64,000 nucleotides of DNA from Octopus vulgaris (GCA_951406725.2 OX597835.1:50762568-50826567), one strand, 5' to 3'. Shown: positions 25,502-38,076, counted from the stretch's first letter. Numbers and translations are program-made. Notes: generated by a model not told the origin, from the sequence alone.

Positions 25502-25916
25502 TTAGTTGTTATATCTTCTTCTCTTAGTCAAGAAACCAGCCCCATTAGAATCAACTCCAGCTTTCCGCTTTGAATGCTTATTACCAAGGAGATCGAGAAA
25601 AGTTTCATAATCAGTGTCCAAACGTAAACACCTGTTCGACTTATCTGCAACACCTTGATTGGAAACTGAAGAAGAATGACAAATGTTAGACGATTTCTTT
25701 TTGTTGCAATAATAGTACTTTTTACGTTTCCACTTATCTAAAGAATCTGGTGTAGAAGACTGTACAGAGGGCTTTGGAGAAGGAGTCTGTAAAACCTTTG
25801 TTGGTAAATTTAATGATGTGGAGACACTGTTTCTATGAGAAGCATCTTCCTCACCAGAAACAGAATTAGATTTTGGTTGTGAAATGACACTACTAGTTTC
25901 ATGAACATCGTTCCGA
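25502..25916 (-). CDS. Orphan C-terminal coding segment (~137 aa, Ser-rich, basic NLS-like end) abutting a minisatellite
   Basis: Unique-sequence open frame RNDVHETSSV...KWKRKKYYY...FLTKRRRYNN*, followed by an AT-rich UTR-like tract. The upstream part of the 597-aa ORF is only satellite. Confidence 0.4.
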
Positions 25917-27787
25917 AGCAGAGAGAGTAAGAGGGAGAATGAGAGAGAGTAAGAGGGAGAATGAGAGAGAGTAAGAGGGAGAATGAGAGAGAGTAAGAGG
26001 GAGAATGAGAGAGAAGCAGAGAGAGTAAGAGGGAGAATGAGAGAGAAGCAGAGAGAGTTAGAGGGAGAATGAGAGATAAGCAGAGAGAGTAAGTGGGAGA
26101 AGCAGAGAGAGTAAGAGGGAGAATGAGAGATCAGCAGAGAGAGTAAGAGATAGAATGAGAGAGAAGCAGAGAGAGTAAAAGGGAGAATGAGAGAGAAGCA
26201 GAGAGAGAGTAAGAGGGAGAATGAGAGAGAAGCCGAGAGAGTAAGTGGGAGAAGCAGAGAGTAAGAGGGAGAATGAGAGAGAAGCAGAGAGAGTAAGTGA
26301 GAGAAGCAGAGAGAGTAAGAGGGAGAATGAGAGATAAGCAGAGAGAGTAAGAGGGAGAATGAGAGAGAAACAGAGAGAGTAAGAGGGAGAAGTAGAGAGA
26401 GTAAGAGGGAGAAGCAGATATAGTAAGAGGGAGAATGAGAGAGAAGCTGAGAGAGTAAGAGGGAGAATGAGAGGGAAGCAGAGAGAGTAAGAGGGAGAAG
26501 CAGAGAGGGTAAGAGGGAGAATGAGAGAGAAGCAGAGAGAGTAAGAGGGAGAATGAGAGAGAAGCAGAGCGAGTAAGAGATAGAATGAGAGAGAAGCAGA
26601 GAGAGTAAAAGGGAGAATGAGAGAGAAGCAGAGAAAGTAAGAGGGAGAAGCAGAGAGAGTAAGAGGGAGAAGCAGAGAGAGTAAGAGGGAGAATGAGAGA
26701 GAAGCAGTGTGAGTAAGAGGGAGAATGAGAGAGAAGCTGAGAGAGTAAGAGATAGAATGAGAGGGAAGCAGAGAGAGAGTAAGAGGGAGAATGAGAGGGA
26801 AGCAGAGAGAGTAAGAGGGAGAAGCAGAGAGGGTAAGAGGGAGAATGAGAGAGAAGCAGAGAGAGTAAGAGGGAGAATGAGAGAGAAGCAGAGCGAGTAA
26901 GAGATAGAATGAGAGAGAAGCAGAGAGAGTAAAAGGGAGAATGAGAGAGAAGCAGAGAGAGTAAGAGGGAGAATGAGAGAGAAGCAGAGAGAGTAAGAGG
27001 GAGAATGAGAGAGAAGCAGAGAGAGTAAGAGGGAGAAGCAGAGAGAGTAAGAGGGAGAAGCAGAGATAGTAAGAGGGAGAATGAGAGAGAAGCAGAGAGA
27101 GTAAGAGGGAGAATGAGAGAGAAGCAGAGAAAGTAAGAGTGAGAAGCAGTGAGAAAGAGGGAGAATGAGTGAAAAGCAAAGAGAGTAAGAGTGAGAATGA
27201 GAGAGAAGCAGAGAGAGTAAGAGGGAGAATGAGAGAGAAGCAGAGAAAGTAAGAGTGAGAAGCAGTGAGAAAGAGGGAGAATGAGTGAGAAGCAAAGAGA
27301 GTAAGAGTGAGAATGAGAGAGAAGCAGAGAGGGTAAGAGGGAGAAGCAGAGAGAGTAAGAGGGAGAATGAGAGAGAAGCAGAGAAAGTAAGAGTGAGAAT
27401 GAGAGAGAAGCAGAGAAAGTAAGAGTGAGAATGAGAGAGAAGCTGAGAGAGTAAGAGGGAGAATTAGAGAGTAGCAGAGAGAGAGTAAGAGGGAGAATGA
27501 GAGAGAAGCAGAGAGAGTTAGAGGGAGAATGAGAGAGAAGCCGAGAGAGTAAGAGGGAGAATGAGAGAGAAGCAGAGAGAGAAAGAGGGAGAATGAGAGA
27601 GAAGCTCAGAAAATAAGAGGGAGAATGAGAGAGAAGCAGATGGAGTAAGAGGGAGAAGCAGGGAGAAAGAGGGAGAATGAGAGAGAGTAAGAGGGAGAAT
27701 GAGAGAGAAGCAGAGAGAGTAAGAAGGAGAAGCTGAGAGAAAGAGGGAGAATGAGAGAGAAGCCGAGAGAGTTAGAGGGAGAATGAG
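25917..27787 (+). repeat. Purine-rich minisatellite, same family as 19390-20192
   Basis: Tandem GAGAGAGTAAGAGGGAGAATGAGAGAGAAGCA and GAGAGAGTAAGAGGGAGAAGCA variants. Confidence 0.95.
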
Positions 27788-27789
27788 GA

Positions 27790-28294
27790 TAATACCTCAC
27801 TTTACGAGAGCCCGGGTTTACGAATTCTATTTTTCAAGCGCAAGATCTAAATATTGAACGAAGTACAAAAGTTTCTACTACCATAACAAATGCTTCTGCG
27901 TGTTATCGAGAAATTTATAGAGAGCGAAACAAAGCTAACAACTTTAAACTTGTTTTTTAAAAAGAAATCTACAAGTCCGTCTACGAATGCTTGTGAATAG
28001 GCGATCGTGTCTGCAAGTGTAGTGTGCGCGAGTCTAGGGCGAGTAAAAGTGTTCAAGAAAACTATTAAAATATTTTTTTTTTTATTATAAATGATCTCGA
28101 TAGTCATTTTACTTTACATTCCACTGTTGTTTTATTGATATTTAGTTACGATTATTATAAGTTCTATAGGTAAAATATTTTTCTGGGAACTAATTGGGAC
28201 TTATAATATTGTTACTATCGGAAATTATTGCTCTCCTTTACGAATTTTCGCTTTACAAGCAATCGTTGGGAACAAATTAACTCGTATATCGAAG

Positions 28295-28301
<7 letters not shown>
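27790..28301 (+). mobile_element. Internally deleted Tigger/pogo-like DNA transposon remnant
   Basis: FQAQDLNIERSTKVSTTITNASACYREIYRERNK resembles the TIGD1/Tigger C-terminus. The ends atacctcactttacgag and ctcgtatatcgaagcatt look like degenerate TIRs. Confidence 0.6.
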
Positions 28302-28346
<45 letters not shown>

Positions 28347-28469
28347 AGAATGCTTCGATATACGAGTTAATTTGTTCCCAACGATTGCTTGTAAAGCGAA
28401 AATTCGTAAAGGAGAGCAATAATTTCCGATAGTAACAATATTATAAATCCCAATTAGTTCCCAGAAAAA
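28178..28469. repeat. Near-perfect palindrome (~123-bp arms) centred on (TA)n
   Basis: ttttctgggaactaattggga...gaagcattcta (TA)n tagaatgcttc...tcccaattagttcccagaaaa. It explains the mirrored ORFs 28225/28228. Confidence 0.95.
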
Positions 28470-29295
28470 GGCAACCCTTTATCCGAACTCGGCATGCTTG
28501 TATTAATGAAAGTTCAGGAAGTTTCTCTTTGAAACTTTCATTGAACGGTAGCTTGTTTGGCCAGCCATTCACATAGACCACTTTCTCTGTCAAAACGACA
28601 TTAATATCGAGAGATCTTTTTCTTTTAATCTTCACTGGAAGCAGCCTCAACTCTTGACAGCATGCGAGGGTAATATTTCAGCAGTGTAGATATATATTTA
28701 TATATAATTGTTAAAGTGTAGGGCATAGCTGGCAAGAATGTATGCTGCCTTTCGGTTCTGCTTTTTACTTTACCGAGTCCAGTTACAAGGCGGGAAATAA
28801 GGTGACTGGTTTAGCTTGAGAAAAGATAAGAAGCTGAACAAACCCAAGGAGGAAATTGCTACTAGATATCGTAAAAAGGAGAAAAATTGAGCGATTGGGA
28901 AGCAGTTGGCTCTTGTTTACATTGGTTGTTGCTTGCAGAAAGAAAAGCAATTTGACAATTTACTGAAACCTCTGCTCTTCAAGGTAATGCTTTTCATCTA
29001 ATTTTCACACTAATAGTTAAGAGCTATTTCACTATTAATATTTCTTAGTCTTTTTATTAAGAACTTTTTCATATTTAAATATCTTATACTAGTCATTAAA
29101 GACTTTTTCTTTTGGTAACAAGCATTACGTGTTACAGTAAAACATTTAGCTTTTTTTGTGAATCTGTGAAATTCATCCACCGAAATCATACACATGGAAA
29201 TCCATATCTGCCTCATCATTTCGTATTCTTTCTTATCTGTTTTCACAGATTCAACCTCATGTTACTTCAGATCACGACACCTCAAGCTCTGCTAG

Positions 29296-30042
29296 GGATA
29301 TCAGTTCAAATTTAAACAGTCGTTTAAGCGTGCTGTTAATCATTTAGTTGGTAATAGTAACCAGTGTAAAGATCCGAATGACTGTTCGGCCGAAAACTTA
29401 AAGGAACAGAGTCAACAGATCGTGTATTTGAAACGAAAACAGGCATCGCTCCAGTGGAGTTATAAATTTTTTGATTCTGGAAAACTTACCGGTAAGACTG
29501 AACATCACAAATTCAACGATTTCAAACTTAGACATTTCGAAGAATTCGAAAAAGAATTACAAAGAGAGTTCGAAGGTGATGGTTCCAGCGCGCCGACCCA
29601 ATCAGGGAGTAAAGTTGACAGCAAGGTCAACAGTGGAGATTCTTCCGAAAGGAGGAAGTCAAACACTCCATCAGCAGCTGAATGTTTGAAAAGGACTTTA
29701 TCCTACGCTGTCTACGACTTCCATTGGGAAAGTCCAGACATCACATCTCCTGTCAGGAAGATCGGAAGGAGTAGTATTCGGTCTTCCAGAAAACACAGTG
29801 CCGTTGTTTCAAGTGAGATTTCTCCACACAACCTAGTCTTTCTTTTCCAGAAATGTCCGACATCTAAAATGGAATTCAAAGACTTCGCTGCTAAACTTGA
29901 TGTTGATTCAGAAGTGTTTTTAGACTCGTTCATGCCTCCGGCTCTGTTTAGAGAATTTCGAGTAAATCGAAACCTATCACTTTATTGGGTTGACCAAGAT
30001 TGGTTAAAGCATGAGGAAAAGGCAAGAAATTATTATTATTAA
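29296..30042 (+). CDS. Unidentified ~250-codon open frame, candidate large terminal exon or pseudo-exon
   Basis: Stop-free from GYQFKFKQSFKRAV to KARNYYY*, non-repetitive. An acceptor (tctgttttcacag, ~29249) and a donor (aag|gtaatg, ~28985) lie upstream, but there is an in-frame TAG at ~29293. Confidence 0.5.
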   Translation, partial: GYQFKFKQSFKRAVNHLVGNSNQCKDPNDCSAENLKEQSQQIVYLKRKQASLQWSYKFFDSGKLTGKTEHHKFNDFKLRHFEEFEKELQREFEGDGSSAPTQSGSKVDSKVNSGDSSERRKSNTPSAAECLKRTLSYAVYDFHWESPDITSPVRKIGRSSIRSSRKHSAVVSSEISPHNLVFLFQKCPTSKMEFKDFAAKLDVDSEVFLDSFMPPALFREFRVNRNLSLYWVDQDWLKHEEKARNYYY

Positions 30043-30984
30043 TATTGTTGTTGTTGTTTGTTATTGTTTTTCCACTTTCCTTCAAGTTGTCCCTGATCAT
30101 ACAGACCTATAATTAAAGCTAATTTTAATAAAAGATATTTTTCTGATTAACCCTCAGTCACACTCGATTGGGCAAGGCCTTTAAAGGTCCCCAACTGTAC
30201 TTAACCCCCGCTTATTTTTCAGGATTAGTATTTTCTAAGGCAGTGTGCATTATACCTGACAACATTACAAGATGGTCAGATCTGATTTCTAGTAGATTTG
30301 TTTACTATTCTTATCAGATCAGGTAAAAACGAAGAGCTAACTTCTTTAGCCCCTAAATGCTTTCTTCTGGTTCTATACAATCTCAGTTCAAATTCGGCTG
30401 TAGTCAATTTTACCCTTCAGCCCTCTTCTCTGGAGTTCATAAAATTAAGTACAAGTTAAGTCCTGGGGTCGATGGTATCTTCTAACCTTTCCCCACCTAA
30501 AATTGCGGGCCTTGTGTTGACTGGATTAAAATCTCTCTGAAAATGCTCAACTATTGTTTTTCATAAACCATTTATCTTCTTAAGTTTTGTGTCAATTATG
30601 ATGTATTGGGATAAATATATTGATTCTTAAACCAGAGACCTCTTTCTACCACCTACATTCACACACACACACCTTTAAAAAAAAAAGTCTATTACTTCAA
30701 ATGTTAATGGTTTCTGTTAAGGCTCAGCAATTTTTAAACGAGTTCTTGACTAGAATTTGGTTTGTCAACTGTTAAAATAACTTTCAGTTCTTTAGTTTTC
30801 ACATGATTAACAAGGCTAACGTTGGGTGGCTAGAAATAGCAGTCAAATTACTCTCAGATCCATACAAGATCATGCAATTGTTCAGTCTAGGAGCCCAATA
30901 ACAAATCAACTTAGTTGTTTATGAAAGAAATCGATATTTAGAGAGTGAAAACGTGTTTTTCTCTCTTTTTTGCTGGATCACCGA

Positions 30985-31118
30985 CTTTAGTCGAGCAAAT
31001 CGACCCCAGGACTTATTCTTTGTAAGCCTAGTACTTATTCTATCGGTCTCTTTTGCCGTAAACACAGCATCGGTTGCCAAGCGATGTTGGGGGGGGGGGA
31101 CATATACATACGCACACT

Positions 31119-31152
<34 letters not shown>

Positions 31153-31290
31153 AATAAACGACGGACTTCTTCTACCAAATCCACTCACAAGACTATAGTA
31201 GAAGATACTTGCTCAAGGTGCCATGCAGTGGGATAGAACCCGGAACCATGTGGTTCGTAAGCAAGCTACTTACCACACAGCCACTCATAT
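30985..31290 (-). mobile_element. tRNA-derived cephalopod SINE
   Basis: Same head and body motifs as 24675-25005. Confidence 0.75.
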
Positions 31291-31454
31291 ATATACACAT
31301 ACACACGACTGGTTTTATTCATTTTCCAGGAGGGTGGACTACTAAAAAATGCAGTGAAATCTGGATATGCTAGAAACAGCAGTCAAATCTCTTATATGGA
31401 AATCTTCATGTGTATGTGTGAGTGTGCGTGTGTGCTAGTCACCCCCCCCCCCAC

Positions 31455-31615
31455 ACACACATTCGCTTGACAACCGATGTCGGTGTGTTTATGTCGACGA
31501 AGCTGAGCGCCTTGGCAAAAAGTGACCGATGGAATAAGTACTAGGCTTACAAGGAATAAGTCCTGGGATCGATTTGTTTCGACTAAAGGCGGTGCTCCAG
31601 CATAGCCGCAGTCAA
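31455..31615 (+). mobile_element. Cephalopod SINE 3' part
   Basis: cgcttgacaaccgatg...gaataagtactaggcttacaa...ggcggtgctccagcatagccgcagtcaa is the reverse complement of the SINE body. Confidence 0.7.
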
Positions 31616-31799
31616 CATGAGGGAAAAAAAGTCAAAACTGAAGAAGTTGGGGGGAAAGGCGGGGACAAAGTTTCACAATGCCGATTTTTGGCAATTTTCC
31701 GAAAACGGGGATTTTTGGCAGACACAAAAAAGGAATTACGAATTAATTTACACCGAGGAAATACGGAACTATGGCGGTTGAAAATTGGTGTCTGACTTT

Positions 31800-31907
31800 T
31801 CGCAAAGCATTGTGGGATTGTCGTCTGTATGATTTGAATGGCGCGAGATTCAGTTTTTTATTGAAATTTTTATTGAATATTGGTCCTGCAGAGTGAAAGA
31901 AGTAAGT
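31800..31907 (+). promoter_or_regulatory. Putative Pol II promoter and first-exon donor
   Basis: gcattgtgggattgtcgt (ZNF143/Staf-like), tttgaa (CHR-like) next to ggcgcgaga (E2F/CDE-like), local CpGs, and donor gtaagt at 31902. Confidence 0.4.
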
Positions 31908-31919
31908 AAGAAATTATTA

Positions 31920-32390
31920 TTAGACTGGAGAATGATACTCCACATCCCCATTAAGGACTTTTTCGCTTTCAATGTACTCGAGTGTTGTTGTTTCTGTTAT
32001 TGTTGTGATGTGTGGTTGCATGTTCGAAATGTAATTAGATAAGTTGTCAACAGACATTCTAACTGATTTGTCAGTCGAGAAGCATACAATCTCTGTATTT
32101 TTTAATTTGTTATGGCCTTTCTTAGTTTTGGTGTCAAGATCACGGGTCTTATTTTTTGTTCGTTTTTGTTTATGCCTTTGGGTGTAATTAGAGAAAGCTG
32201 ACAGGATTTTGGATTTAGTAAGGGTAAACTTTGCTGTACTGGAACGAAAGCAATTGCAGCATGGAAGGTGTTTATAAGCCATTTAAGAAACACACAAAAG
32301 CCGTTAGATTCACTTTAATATTTAAATTTAATTTGTCAAAATATTTTCGTTGTTTTGAGACTGCGACTTCACTGACAAAATTCCGTGCTG
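31920..32390 (-). mobile_element. Penelope-like element fragment (terminal repeat with damaged hammerhead plus pre-RT coding piece)
   Basis: EIVCFSTDKSVRMSVDNLSNYISNMQPH resembles the PLE DKG-region motif. 32254-32390 matches 5273-5410. Confidence 0.55.
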
Positions 32391-32626
32391 CATCTGAGAA
32401 AGTAACAGTTAGTTCATGATATATATGTACGTACGTATGTATGTATGTATATGTGTACATGTATGTATGTACTTATGTACATTTAGGAGAAATAGACGTG
32501 TCTGTGTGTGTACATGTGTATGTACTTGCGAACGTATGTTTATGTAATATGTGTCAGTTCAATTTGTATACTTGACTGTTACCTTGCCACTCGCTATGCA
32601 AGTACATCTCTTTCTCTCTCTCTCTT

Positions 32627-32676
<50 letters not shown>

Positions 32677-34519
32677 AGCAGATTGTAACATAGATAAATA
32701 TATAGACAGAAATAGATAGAGTCAGAAGAAGAATAGACATACCAACTACCAAACACCTAGAAAGATAGACTGCTTGATAGCTTGATAGATAAATAGATAG
32801 ATGCTTATGTTTTTTTATTGCTACTCATCACTCATTTTGTCCATTTTATGTTTCTCACCTGTACTGCCCTTTGTAAAGAATTAGCAAACTGAGCTGTTTT
32901 GCAATAAAGGCTTGAATGGATTGAGAGCCATATGATAAACTGGTGAAGGAAGCATGGATTTAAACTCTGCCTTATTAGTTGCTCATTGGTGAAATAGCAT
33001 AAAAAATATTGTTTATGGTTAAGATTTCTTAATTAATATCAGTTTCTATATTAGTGTATGCATCTTTAGTGAAATGATGATGAACTCTCTTACAATATGA
33101 CTATGTGAATTGCTGAAATTATGGTATATTGTAAATTTCACGAATATTTGAATGACAGGAAAGCTATCCTGTTTCCTAACATGCAGATTTATTTTTCCCA
33201 AGTCATTTGATTAATTGGTCATGTTTGTAAAACAGGGGAATGCCTCAAATTTTAGAGGAAGTGGTTAATTGATTAAATTGATCTTATTACTTGACTTGCA
33301 CTTTTTTTATCAACCATGAAAGGAAGAGAAACAAAGTTAGCCTCAACAGGTTTTGAAACTAGAATATAAAGAGCTGGTAGAAATATTGGAAGGTATTTTG
33401 CCAACACTCCAACAATTGTGCCTCTCCACCATCTTAAGTTTAATAGAATAAAATCTGTGAATGAATTTTGATGAATTTCTTGTGTAGTTTTAATGAAAGT
33501 TGGTCTCACATTGCTTGCATTTATATCTTTCCTGAGACATGTAAAAGTTTCCATTTGTATAATACTTGGCTGCTTGTCACTTCAAATAAAGAGTAGTGAA
33601 CTGATATTAAAGCCAAAATTTTCCTTTCGCTACTATTAGGATGTTTTTCATTTTTACTTTCAGGGTTAAAAAAATGAATGATTACACTTATTGGTTTACA
33701 TGCGAACTTTTGTTTATTTTATATCCTTCTATATGTTGGATATGCAAATTTCACGAAGCGGGGATAGACACAACTGTCTTCACACAACCTACTTCAGATT
33801 ACTCCACTAAACACAATACTCTAATAAATAGAAACTCTGAACAATGTCAACAACTTCCATGAACTCCCAATGACTCTCTTTGTCTCAACCAATATGCTAA
33901 TTTTTTTATAAGAGTTTTGCTAGTCCATTCTTCCAATCCCATAGGGGTGCCAGTTTATACATGTATATTTTACCAAAACAAGTATCCCCATGCGAAGCTT
34001 CACCTGTAAGTACATAACTTTTTTGTTAATTTATGTTTTCTGTTAGTTAACCATAGCTGTTTGTAAATTGAACACCTGTTTCTCTGTGTATATTGAACAA
34101 TTTCCATAAGATATATATGTTTGCAAATGTAAAATATGTTTGTTTCCCAATGCCATGGTTTAGGGTCTAGTTCTACTGTGTGGCATTTTGGGCAAGAGTC
34201 TTCGACTATAGGTAGGGATCAACAAATGCATTTTTAGTGAAAGTGGTTGATGGGAACTATATGAAGCTTATTGCATGTGTGTGTATACACCATATCAATT
34301 ATGTGATGCATGTTATAGGTAACTGTTGACAAAAAGTGCAAAATATTCATTGAAAAATCAAAATAATTTAGAGTAATGTCAAGAAGGGATGTGGAATGGA
34401 TAGTGAAAGGTCTGGCTTGGAAGGTGTCCCACAGTATTGCAGCCTAGGCCTATGTGTCATCTTGCTACTGCAAGAGAGTACAGACCATTGAATGTTTGTG
34501 AAATATTGGCATCTAAGAT

Positions 34520-34835
34520 TATGAACTCTTTGGATTTACTGATTACCTTGATGTCAGTGAGACTGCCATTGTCAAACAAGAGATTTGTTACCTTAGTAAG
34601 TGTCTACCCTCCAACCATGTGTTCCTCTGAAGAGAAAAAAAAGACTAATATTTTATCTTTCATGAAAAAAGCTTCTATGTTCTTTCTGCTTATAAAATCT
34701 TCATACTTGGTGATTTGAATGAAAGCATTTGCAGAGATAAAAAAATTTGGGATATAATTGGGAAACATGAAGCCAGAAAATGCAATAGTAATGGCTTGTT
34801 TAGTACTGCAAGTCTGTTCGATTTTTGCATATACT
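34520..34835 (+). mobile_element. Degraded RTE/BovB-type AP endonuclease fragment
   Basis: LMSVRLPLSNKRFVTLVSVYPPTMCSSEEKK...ILGDLNE...IIGKHEARKCNSNGL. Confidence 0.75.
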
Positions 34836-35309
34836 GGGTAACTGTCAATCTCCTAGTGTGGAGCATGCTGTATTTGAGCACCAAATATGTGGGAGTATTT
34901 ATGTCATCAAGATGAAAGGCAATTAGGTCTCTCATTAATTTCTGTTTGGTGAGTTGGCCCTGAGGAAAAATCTAGGCAACAAATTGAAATTAAGGCATGA
35001 AAGTCATTAGAGACACTTAGAGGATCTAGATCAAATTAGAGAAAGTGAAAACATCACAAAGTTTTTGATGGAAAAAATTGGTTCATGTTGGAATGAGTGA
35101 ATTTGAATGAATGTCAATAAAATCTTAGTGTGCATGAAAAGCTTGAGAGAGATTTTTGAAAAGGTCTTAATATTAATGTTTCCATTGTGTTTTGCTTCAA
35201 AAACTACATAGACATGACAGAATTAAATAGACATCCTTATAATTGTTAAAATTTATTTAAGTTATTTATTAATTATTATAATGTGAATATCTAATATTTA
35301 GTAGACAGG

Positions 35310-36250
35310 CTCCTTGCATTTTTGAATGCAAGGACCCTAGCAGGCATGCTACTGATCTGATGAATATTCTCTTCATGATTTTCTTGCCAAGTGTCTTGCA
35401 GTAATATCAAAAGATCTGGCTTTAAGGATGCTTTCTTTTTCTTTTTAGGAAGTATCCCATCCATCATGTCTCAGAGGTGTTCAGTAGGGTTCATATCTGG
35501 TGATTGGCTTAGCTATGGAAGCTTTTTAATGCCATTCTCTTCCAACCAATCCTGGGTCTTTTAGTTGTGCAAGAAAGCCCTATCTTCCATAAATAGTGTT
35601 ATTTAATCATTTTACCCCTGGAGGTTATAGGAAGAAGATTTTTCTATAATATGGACACATTTATCTGAGTTTATGTATCCCTCACATTCCACCATTTCTG
35701 ATTGACTATTGCTCCAAACTGCTCTCCAGACCATCACATGTTTCATTGTTGGCTGCAATATATTCACGTGAAAATATTGGTGACTGATTCTCCAGACCCA
35801 CATTCGACCAGTGTCAGAAAATACAGCAAATCTGGATTCATCAGAGAATTTGACAGTGTCCCAAAGTGCTAGTGACCTCTCTACCATCTCACTTGTCCAA
35901 TCTTTTCTCCATTTGATATTGGCTGGTCGAAGCAGTGTCTTCTTTCTTGCTGCTCTGCCATAATAGCCAATTTTGCAGAGATAACTGACAGCTATTCTGG
36001 GACTGACATCAACTTATTCTGCTATATTGGAGGCCTTGCAATGAGGATTATCTGACACACTTCTCTTAAGAAAGCAAAGTGTTCTGTCAGAGGGCCTTAG
36101 TCTACCTGGGTAAGGTGATATGGACTACTTTCCCGTTTAGTGAATTGAAAAATGACTCTATTTACTGTAGAAAGTGGAATCACAATGTTTTCTGTGGTTT
36201 TAAGCTAAGTCAGCCTTGAAATAGGCGCAGCATATGGCCTCTTTGTAAAT
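35310..36250 (-). mobile_element. Degraded Tc1 transposase
   Basis: WDTVKFSDESRF, PTMKH..VMVW, FMED...WLEENGIKKL..SQSPDMNPTEHL are Tc1 DDE motifs, with stops and frameshifts. Confidence 0.85.
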
Positions 36251-37529
36251 TGGACATTTTTAAGGCTTCTTTTGTACATGGCATGATTAAACAGTTACAT
36301 ATAGAACCTGAAACATATAAATGTCAATTAATAAAAAAATATAAACCTCTTCAAGTTATAATAACCATAAAACAATGTGTTAATGGGTATCTATTTACTT
36401 TTGTCATGTTTGTGTACAAATGTATTATTTGTTACAACTGCACTTTGAAAGAAAAAGAAAACCTTTAGTAGAAAATTAGCATTAGCTACGACAACGTTAC
36501 CCAACTATTAAATCTTATATTTTTCAAACTCATGCTAGGATGGAAAAATGAACGTAGGTATGAGACTTATTTTTACACATGTATTGATGCATATAAAACA
36601 TGAAATTATGTTGTCTACATACTTAAATACTTGCAATTAATTAATTGTAAGAACATAGAAATTTGACAGGTTTTCTTGAGTTGTTGCTCATCTACAATAA
36701 TCTGATAAGTTTGAGGTTATTGTTGGTTGCATAAGATTGTCATTGAATTTTCTCTCGACAGAAATATCTAATAATTTTATCCATACTAGCATGGGTTGTG
36801 TGTGTCATGTTGATATCTGTTTCAGTTTAATTCCCTCTGCAATAGTTTCTTTTTTTTGTGTTTATGCAATATGGTACTTTCATAAGATACAGTCGTCTCT
36901 TGCCTTACACAGTATTGTTTCTTAGTTTCACTTTAGCACAATTTTGCTCATTTTCCTCTATTTCTTTCTTTTTGTTTTTGTTTTTACAAATATAGAAGTA
37001 GTAATTGCTTCAGTTTCTCATTATATTTTGTTAAATATTTTTGAATTTGAAATATTAAAATTGATTTCACTGGAAATGAAAATTCAATGTATAAAATTAA
37101 CTTTAAACTAGATGTTCAGCATAAAATGCAAAAGTTTTACAAAAAGAATTGTCATCATCATTTAATGTCCATTATCTATGCTGGCTTGGGTTGGACAGTT
37201 TCATCAGAGCTGGTAAGCTGAATGTCTGCAGCAGACTCCAGTCTGATTTGTCATTGTTTCTATGGCTGGATGCCCTTCTTAACATCAAGCACTCCATGAG
37301 TGTTGTGGGCAGGGGTTGTGAAAAAAATTAATTGATGGGAAATTAATTACAATATATTGTCTTCTAAGGCACGGCATGTCATGAAAGGTGTCGGTCATTA
37401 GTCATTGCCTTTATAAGTTCCAACAGTCAAAGATCATGCATTACCACCTTGTCCAATGCCTTCTTATGTCTGCTTCTTCTGCCATGTGGCATAGTTGTCT
37501 GCACAGGTATAATAAATCTGGCTTTCACT

Positions 37530-38010
37530 CTGAAGGAGAGACCCTTAGTTACCAAACAGAGGAAGGAGCTCTCTGAATTTGCTCAGCCTATTTTTATTCT
37601 TGCAGCCACACTCTTGGTTCATCCACCTCTGCTACTGACTTTGTTGCTCAACAATCTTTATCGTACTCCTCTGGTATTTGATGAAGCCCATTTTCTGTAC
37701 ACTTTTAGTGTTTACTGTACATGTGCACCTTCCACATGCAAAAAAATATTTTCCCAGTTTACCTTCCTCTGATATTGCTACACCTATTATGTGTTATACA
37801 GAGTACATCTACCTACCTGTTTCCTTCATATTGAGGATGGCCATGTACCTGAAGGGCTTTACGATTTATCTGTTTTCCTACTTACTAAGACTTTGTGTTA
37901 GGGTTGGGTAGGTTAATTCTGTGACCTTTCAATTCTAGACCTTGCGTCCGTACGCACAATTTGTTCTCTAGTTCTGGTAGTGATTTAGCTATAAGAAGAA
38001 GCTCATTAGT
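37530..38010 (-). mobile_element. Degraded RTE LINE RT fragment
   Basis: ggagctctctgaatttgc...ctacttactaagactttg aligns by eye with 9320-9700. Confidence 0.55.
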
Positions 38011-38076
38011 AAATAAGTGTGAAAACTCTTTGCTTTCACAAACACTTTATGTACACTGATTGAAGCAATGAAAAAA

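Noticed and set aside
25917-27295. 597-aa and 373-aa Leu/Ser-rich ORFs (and the 319-aa ORF at 19246-20205)
   Set aside because: They are translations of a stop-poor CT-rich minisatellite strand, not evidence of membrane proteins.
32332-32379. Second hammerhead copy
   Set aside because: A 3-nt deletion removes CAG from the core and stem II is weakened, so it is presumed inactive.
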